A stretch of 58,657 nt of DNA, filler included, from Sphacelaria rigidula (lineage: Eukaryota): the NCBI GenBank assembly GCA_964200075.2. It is 7 parts of 7 records of this genome, joined end to end, with 100 filler letters (N's around TTAATTAATTAA, not from the genome) between each part and the next. Parts side by side here need not be neighbours in the genome. Positions count along the whole stretch, not along the records: positions 50,365 to 58,657 come from CAXNAA020011623.1; 6 more parts are not named here. One strand, 5' to 3'. Both the position numbers and the translations under genes were made by a program. Position 1 is the first letter of the stretch. Every line of letters begins with the position of its first letter. The notes beneath the pieces are model-generated. The model had not been told where the DNA came from. It ran no database searches and saw only the letters and a list, made by a program, of their open reading frames with translations. Below are positions 50,464 through 58,657 of the stretch, piece after piece.

Positions 50464-50519
50464 ACCCTCAATCATCTACATCTCAAAGAAACTTGCTCAT
50501 GAGAAAAGAATGGCCGACT

Positions 50520-51060
50520 CAGGTCTCCTCTACCATTATGCGTAACTCCCGGCAATTACACCGCCTCCTTCTCCAGTGGGTGAATTGCCCGCAAACTCTT
50601 CCTTGAATACACCACACTCCCCTCTTCTCTACCCATTCACCCCACCACTTTCGGCACGCGGTCATCCCCCACTCCTGTTGCTGTGCCAGTTGATTCAAAG
50701 CCCCTTCAGGCGAAATCCACCGACACCTGTTTCGTACATTCACCGTACCTCATTCTGCCGTTAGTAGAAAACCAATTCTGCCGTGAGTAACTATCCACAG
50801 TGTCTCCGGCGTGTAATCGCCTGGACTCTCTCTTGAGGTGGGGGCCGACTCGCAGCCTCTTTTGTCAAAAACCCTGCCCAGAGTCCCCGCAGAGCGTAAT
50901 TAAACGCAATCCCGCGTCCAGAGCATAATCTTCCCGCATTTTTTTCTCTCTAACGCATAATGGCCCGCACTATCTCTGGGTGCTCAACTACTCGCAGCAT
51001 CTCCAGCGCATAATTACACCGCCATTCAGTGCGTAATTACCCGCACTCCTCCTAGCTCCT
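50520..51060. repeat. Degenerate minisatellite (CCAG-GCGTAATTACCCGCA-like unit, about 25-30 bp)
   Basis: Recurrent GC(G/A)TAAT..CCGCA motifs, clearest at 50890-51050. Confidence 0.5.
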
Positions 51061-52295
51061 GGATTTTGTACTTGAAGACCGAGTCGATGCACGTGATGAA
51101 GCATTTATTCTGAGATGCAAGCGGAGGCGGCAGTGGCGGCGGGGGAGGGGGAGGGCGGCTCGGGTGGTTCAAAAGGCTGTGTTGGGCTGGCATGGTGGAC
51201 ACTCATCAATATGAAGCTTGGGCTTTTGCTTTGGTTTGACTGTGCTGCTGTGCATGGTGTGAACGCGTGCCTATTTTTACACGGAGAATAAGTCACGCCG
51301 ATCGCACTGTACGCAAATATAGATAATTTTTCGAATTGCCCATGTGTATCTATGTTTCGAATGAAAACAAGAGCATGCCGCAAAAAGTTGACGGCTACAG
51401 TGTTGCAAGTTAACTTATACTCCATCACCCTATCGACCCACGCCTAGAATTTTGCCTCTCCTCTGCCAGCAGTTTATGGTGGATACCTTCATATGAAGCA
51501 TTATTATTCGTGAGACTGCTGTCGTTTTGATCATGTGCGTTGTATACACCCTACAGTATTATTCTACGATACAGGAGTGCACCGAGGGACGTCGGATACC
51601 ACCCCCTAACTTGTACCTACGAGCGATCTTTACACTCTCATCAGGGGCTCGTATATACCGTATTGTACGGTATGCATAGCGAATACGAAGCGGTATCTAC
51701 TACGGGCAACGCTATTTCCAAACTCCTAGTACAGCAGGGAAGAGACATGGAGTACCGCAGCACGTTGTCAAAGCATTGGCTAAATTCTTCGTTGTTTTCA
51801 AGGGGGGTTATTCCAGACGAATCGAACGAGCAAGGATTTGAAAGAAACATTATTGCAAGCCATGTGGAAGGGGTTGGTTGATTTATGAGCACCTCCCCAG
51901 CTTAAAAGAAGTGACACGGGAGCACTCGCTTAGAAACGACCAAAACACCAATAAAAGATATCTGCTCACCTTCAATACTCCTAGCTCCCTGCCATCATCC
52001 ATGATTGCCCGAACGAAGCGGGAATTGCGAGGGATAACACAACAACAAGCACCAAAAGGATGATGAATAACGGGTGAGGGAAAAAGGGAGCAAAAAACAA
52101 GAGTTGAACGGCGGACGGATGCTGAGGGGCCGATACACATACGAAGACGGGCGTGATCATCGACATGCGCGTCCACACAACGGACGTCTAGACGTGTACC
52201 GCGACAAAATAAAATACATCTATGAAACGGTACCAAAGGGGGGTGCGTGGATGTACAGCGAGCGAGCTTGGTGGTTCCCTCTCACCCCACCAGGG

Positions 52296-52325
52296 TTAGG
52301 GTTAGGGTTAGGGTTAGGGTTAGGG
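52296..52325 (+). repeat. Interstitial telomere-like (TTAGGG)5; shorter tract at 43831-43850
   Basis: Read directly from the sequence. Confidence 0.85.
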
Positions 52326-53066
52326 ACAGGGTTTTCTCAATGCATGTGATTGACTTTTGAGGCGAAGAAGAATCACTGCAGACGTAACACAGCATGATAC
52401 ACCAAGACGCTTCTCACGTTAGCGGTAAAAAAATCGGCAAAGCTCCCAAGATCCCCATCTGACTTGATTGATACATCGATTCATTGCTCTTCGACTGTCT
52501 CCCATGAATCACTAATTTCCCCACGATTACAGCCCCGGTGACAACAAAGACGGAACCGACATCAGACTACGACAGGTATACTTTTACTATTCCGCCTCAA
52601 GTACCTGGCGATATCCCCGCCGTGCACCTATTACAGTAGCGTGTTTTCCACCCATCAAAGTAGTCGGTGGACTTGGTAGCTTCGAATTCCGACAGCGGCG
52701 TTTATGTTTCCCTAGTGTCCGTTGTCCCGTAACCCCCCAAACCGCGGGCAATAGACTTTCATAAAGAAGGGTGAACTCTGAGAAACGTCGACGAGCACAA
52801 CTACTGACGGATTGCTAATTCGAAGGTTTTACACCGTCCGTGTAACACTGTGTAACACGTGCAAGGGAGAAATGGGGCGCAATACCTGGGGGGAAAAGCA
52901 CTCCTTCAGCGGAAGAGAGGGGGGGGGGGGTGTTGAAAGTGCGACAAAATATGAAAGGGGGGCACATGAATGACCAACAACGGTCTTGCACCATAAAATG
53001 GGGTCTTGTCGTGGGAGCTCCGCCCCCCCCGCCCCAGTTGCACGCTGCATTGACCCACTGACTCAC

Positions 53067-56000
53067 CCTGACAGCCAGTCGATCAGCTCTGGACTGAAAG
53101 TTCCTGCTACTGTCAAGAGGGATATCTTGATTTTGGGGTACATGGTGTCCAACAGCTCGATGTTCTTGCTCAAAGTCTTGATCGTGCCATCCTCCGTGTC
53201 GCTCGTCACGTGCACCACTAACAGCCTGTGAGTTTGCTCGTTGTCCCTGGAGAAAAACATGCAAGGGACAGCGGACAAAAGAGGCAAAAAACGAAACGAA
53301 ACAAAACAAAACAACCAATCGATGTTGTGAAAAGAAAAAAAAAGTACTATCACCACCACCCCTACTACTACTACTGCTAATGATTGGAAGAACAACAGGA
53401 AGAGGAAAGCCCTCACGCTTCGGCCAATCGATTGGACTTACTCATCCTATACACCGCTGTAATTGGTGACGGGAAAAAAGAGAGCTCACCGGACATAGAG
53501 GATGGCTTTGTTGATGACGTACATATCGGCGTGCTTGCAGAAGAACACGAAGGGCTCGTCTTGTAGTTCGTGAATGTGGTCCTTCAGGCTCTCCGCTACA
53601 GACTCTGTGCAAGCACAATCCGGCGTAAAACATTATTTGAATCTGACGAAAGAGGAGGCTTCATAACCTTTGATATCGTACGATAGTTGCATTACACTTC
53701 GTATGCTGTTACTGTTGCTCAGAATACTTGCTTTTCTTATTGCGGCTTCATGAATATTCGGCAAAAGTCTGTTTTATCTTCCCCCTTCCTGCCCCCCCGC
53801 AAAAACCGAAATGACGCATGCCATCGACCGACGATCAAACACCAACAGGGACACAGTGAATTTATCAAGCCAGCAATGAATATCGCCGGTTCTAAGTAAT
53901 GTATCCTTGCAAAACAAATTATATCGAGTGGTGGTGAATGATTCCGAAACGGCTTTTCATGTTGATGTTTCTTCAAATAACTTTCAAGATGAAAAACACA
54001 CACACACACACACACACACACATGACGATCATCTGACAGAACAGATAACTTTGGCCCACTATTAATAGCGAAAACCAGAACAGAACTTCCACGGTGATCA
54101 GCAGCAAACGGCACCGACGTTACCCACGCCATGGCAACTAACAATACGATACAATAGCCACAAATCCGCTGTCTTCAAAACCAATTGAACGAACGAACAC
54201 GGAATAAGCAAGGTACATCATCCAAAAAAGACAGTCACGGTCACGCTTTTAGTGGAACACACGGGCAAGGGGCATTGGCGGGGGAAGCAGAAGGGGTTAA
54301 GGTTTGATATGCACTTGTCAGGAGTGCTCATCTTGTGGTCATCGTGTGCGTACTTGCGTAACCCCCGATCATCGGTCGAACGGACGCAAATGAGACCGCC
54401 GGTCAGAGATAGGAGACAACATTTGATATCGCTTCGTTCACGTGCCGCCACGGGAAAGTGGGGAGTGAAAACGTAGAACACAGCAGAGTGCGCGTCGACC
54501 AAGCAGCCCCAAAAAAGCAGCCGCAACTCTGTGCGAGGGAAAGTTATCGGAACACCAGCATCCCACGTATATCAAGGGACAATATCCCAAACTGTGTGTA
54601 CCTGCCTGCGACGACGACAGAAACCACCCCCTTCCCCTGTGCACGAGCCCCCTCCCCTGTGTGCGAGTGCTCCGTCTAGAAAAGGGATACATAGCCAATG
54701 GTCAAACGATTATGACAAGCGACAGACTGCCCCCACCCCCCCTGTGCAGGAGTACTGAAACACCAGATAGCATCGCGTAAGGATGACATATGACACCTGT
54801 CCAATCCAAGGGAAACATGATCGCCGTGAGAAACAGGCCTCGCCAGTTGTGCACACTTCAAAGGCACCATGAACACGCCGCACTCAACCCTAGCCCTCAA
54901 ACCTACCCTTGAGAACAAGTATGGTATCTATCATCAAATTATTGTAGAGAGTATGTTTCCGAAGTGGTGTGCCTGAAGTCTCGTGATTCCGCCACCACCC
55001 CCCCCAGACAGCATCCACGTTAATCATTCCCCGTGACAAGCACAGGCTGAGAGCCGTCTCATCTCCAAGGAAGACCAGCCCCTGAGTCTTGGACACGCAA
55101 CCTTTGTCTGCCTCACACTATCTCCACCAGCCGACACAGTACCCGCGATAGGTGAATAGTCTGCCATGAAAACATACGGCAGTGTCTTACATCCAAAGAT
55201 GACGTTGTCAAACACTGTACTGTGTTCAGTATGGAATCTATTGTCTATTGCAATATACGCAATAGTCGATACTGTAGGCAGTACACTTTTTGACTGTAAT
55301 ATATAGTACTGGCATTCTACTGTAATATATAGTACTGGCATTCTCCGAAGTTCCCTCAATCGTGACAAATGTCAACTTCATCTTGCTCTATTTATTTTAT
55401 CCTCACCTGGTGCCACAGGACCAGCAAACTTCACCAAGATCTTCAGAAACCGCACCCTCATGAACACTAGAACGATGATCAACCCTACAGCCATGAAATA
55501 GATGAGGAACCAAGACACCACCTCCGGCTTGCTCAGCAGGTTCCCTATAAAGGCGGTCACCACCTGGAATATGACCATCACATATGCGACAAACGCGACA
55601 CAGGGGTTGGGGGGAAAGGGAGAGGGCGGCAAAAACCACATGCGAACGGGACGAAATTGGCGGACACTTACTAATGAAGTAATACGGGGAAAAGGAAACA
55701 GTAGGTGCTTTCCAAAAGAGAGCGGCAGAACATTGGTGATGGTGATGGTGATGGGGACAGCTATCGGGGAAGAGGGTGGAAGATGACACAAACGCCTCTG
55801 ACGAGAAAAATCGAACAGTAAGGAGGGGAGCTGCGAACCGAGCAAGTCGGAAAGTCAGATCAGATGAGATAGAAACAAAAGCAGGCCCGCGCATATCGCT
55901 ATCTTTTACAGGAAGCGAGCTCACACGGGACAAAAGTTTCCGGAAAGCAGATGGACTTCCCATGACGAAAGGAGCGAACATCGAGAGAGAAAGATACATA

Positions 56001-57396
56001 TATATATATACTTCCTCTGTCCCATAAATCTGTGCAGTTATGTTTGTACGAGCCCTTAACGATGTCCGATTTGATTTTCGATTTTTTCGTTGCATTCGTT
56101 GGCGTTTTTTATCCAAGAACAATAGTCTTTCTGCAACGTGGGTGCTTGGCTCGTGCAGCCTCGCAGCCGAGAAACAGTAGGTCGGTCAAGCCATGTTCAT
56201 GTTTTGCTATATTTCCCGGTGAAGCATAGAAGACCCGGGGATCGCGAAAAATCGTCAAACAAATGTGAAAACCGCACAAGCCACCACTGATTTGGATATC
56301 TGGATATCTCCGTGACGTTAACGTACCCGCGCCCCATCTAACCATTTTTCAGCATGTAATCGCTAGTGCTCGACGTAAAAATGTCCAAAACCGGTCAACA
56401 TGGGGGTATAAGTGGACCAAAAAGGGCCGAAATGGGGTACATTTTGACATAATTTTGGTTTTAAAAGAAGTTGTTTTTTCTTTCCTTTGTTTCAGTCAGC
56501 TTTGTCTGTGCGTTATCTCTCTAACGAACCCAACTTTAGGATGATCGTCAGCGTTGAAATACCCAAACGATTGAACGTTCATAACTGCACAGACTCCTGG
56601 GACAAAGGAAGTAGGCCTACACTTAACGCAGTACATTTTGTCTATTGCAACTGTTGATCATATGTCGTCTAGGGTATGATATATACAGAACACACAAAAA
56701 AAGCCGAGTGGTGAAGCCTAGCTAAGAGCGTGGTACATGTACCGTTTGCAGTCGTGCAGTGCTCAAAGATAACTTTCCCTCCTGGGACACGCAGCAAAGG
56801 GCCATTGAAACAAACACAAGAGAAGCACATCAAGCAGGCCCAAACAACACAGTAACAGATAACAAGATAGCAAGCTCAGCAACAACCAAATACACAGGGA
56901 GGAACCACAACAAACGCACGACAGGCCAGCGTGCCTTTGTCCCCGTACAAAAAGGGAGACAGACAGACAGATTGATTAATTGTTTGATTGACAAGTGATT
57001 ACGCATGAACAGATCTGCTACGAACCGAGGTATCACCACAAGATAAACATATACCCGGGGTAGGGGTATACAAGCGGAAATATTCGCCGAATGAAACCCC
57101 AGAGAAGGAGCAAGAAGCGAAAACGAGGAAACGAAAAGAGGACGGCAACGCTCGTAGATGACTAACAGAACATCAAAACAACAATTCCCGGAACAAGCAA
57201 AACACAGTCATCATCCAACAACCAGAAAATAATAACTCACAAAGGACAGCCCCACGAGTGTGGTCCCGTAGCCAACGGTGACCTCTCTCGGCAGCGAGGG
57301 TCTCTTGAACTTGAGGAGAATGGTGCCCACCGAAAAAAGAGTCATGACCCCCAGAAAGGCGAAAGTGTACACGCCTGCCAAGGTCGTGATGTCCCC
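53067..57396 (-). CDS. APC-superfamily amino-acid permease, internal exons 57396-57241, 55563-55407, 53604-53490, 53246-53067 (partial at both ends)
   Basis: In-frame splice product GDITTLAGVYTFAFLGVMTLFSVGTILLKFKRPSLPREVTVGYGTTLVGLSF-VVTAFIGNLLSKPEVVSWFLIYF..-ESVAESLKDHIHELQDEPFVFFCKHADMYVINKAILYVR-DNEQTHRLLVVHV..LDTMYPKIKISLLTVAGTFSPELIDWLS. This covers the last TM helices and a cytosolic domain. All junctions are CAG/GTGAG with consistent phases 0, 1, 2, 2. Confidence 0.85.
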
Positions 57397-57800
57397 CTGG
57401 AAAATAACGTCAACACAACATTACAATATTAGAGGGCGGCATTGCCGACAGGGTTAGCGGCCCCGCTCGGGTGGTCGAGCTGGTGTACGACAGTAACGCT
57501 GAGCTATGACGACCTTCGTTACCACCGTATCCCGGCATTTATTTTTCGGGGCCGGGAGGAGGGGCGGGGTTGCTCTGGCTTCCACCGTAAATAACAAAAA
57601 AAAAAAGAGAATATGAGCCGGCCGAGAGACTACAGGATGTTGACGAAGCGCAGTGCATGCCGCTCCTCAGTTTTGAAGCCAGTGTTACGATCATCGATAC
57701 AATACAGTACAATAGAGTGCAGTACAGTGCAGTACAGTGCAGTACGATATGATGATGGTTATTACTATTATCATCAATATATTCAAAATTACTGATAGCC

Positions 57801-58166
57801 GGTCGCCCCGGTGGCTCAGCTGGTAACCTCGAAACCTTCTGCCGGTTGGGTTGTGGGTTCGAATCTCAGTGGAGCCACACGATCTGGGATTTTTGCTCAT
57901 ACTATTCCCAACGGTCGAGAGCGACTATGTCGTAGGTACACAAAATGCGACTTCACGGTGGACGAGGGAAAGGGATCGCTGGACTCCTCTCGCGATAAGA
58001 ATGAAGGCGAGCACCGCAGAAGGACGGTGGAGTACTGAAACAAAGTAAAAGAGAAAAAAAACTCCTGCGTTGGCCTTCCTCCTGTTTGACCCCAGCTGAA
58101 GCACCCACATATACCAAAAGGGGTGGACTGACGTTCGGAATAGATGGCATGACAACACACACACAA
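57801..58166 (+). mobile_element. tRNA-derived SINE, full length (intronic)
   Basis: A box TGGCTCAGCTGG and B box GGTTCGAATC, conserved body, and (AC)n tail. Confidence 0.88.
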
Positions 58167-58657
58167 TAACGTTATCAACTCCGCTGATTAGCCCCATCTC
58201 TATATAAATTGAATACACGGATGAATGCCTCGACGTTCCACGTGTCAGCAGTACTGCAGTGACAAAATATTCCCATGCTCACTACCGCAAAATTGGACAT
58301 CACGCTGGTGAACCTCAAAGCTTGCTCTTTGAAGCTGGTTCCAGCCCTCAACCTCCTGAACGGGACTCCCGTGCAACGCATCATGTCACAATGTGCTGCA
58401 CCCGAATTGAAATTGCTACCTATAGTATCGTTTAGGCAGATTTGAGTTAGATATGATACGACCTCGTGGAGAGCAAGTAATTTTGTCTACTGTGAACTTG
58501 TGACCAAACACACTACCGCACGGGATTGGCTGGTGAATGAGGACCGACGCCCGGATGGGTAGGGTGACTCGTGTACAGAGTCGAGCTAGGGGACACTGTA
58601 GGAGGTTCGGTCGGTGAGGGACATTTTTGTTTTACTTCCTAAGTCAAGTCCGACACT

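Noticed and set aside
52296..52325. True chromosome end
   Set aside because: Only five units, internal to a segment with ordinary sequence on both sides.
57801..57880. tRNA gene
   Set aside because: It has A/B boxes but no proper cloverleaf, and it continues into a multi-copy SINE body.

Overview
Eukaryotic, intron-rich and transposon-rich DNA, most likely from a brown alga or related stramenopile. That assignment is an inference from exon/intron style, TTAGGG tracts and the retroelement protein fragments. The window is not a contiguous locus. It is seven segments of 8294, 8294, 8294, 8294, 8294, 8294 and 8293 bp, joined by identical 100-bp N44-TTAATTAATTAA-N44 linkers, as expected for length-sorted concatenated scaffolds. 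Spliced genes reconstructed by eye are: a complete 3-exon MICOS subunit MIC10; the 3' part of a dual-specificity phosphatase-like protein with Ser in place of the catalytic Cys and a ~1200-aa low-complexity tail; one RNA polymerase II RPB3 exon ending in a GC donor; four exons of an APC-family amino-acid permease; and three terminal exons of an unknown protein. The rest is mostly mobile DNA: a decayed Gypsy RT, a TSD-flanked non-autonomous LTR element, a gag-only LTR-like relic, hAT, Tc1/mariner and piggyBac-type non-autonomous elements, six copies of a tRNA-derived SINE, LINE 3' ends that finish in poly(C), foldbacks, and a 5-kb C-rich satellite. Most ORFs in the supplied track are spurious.
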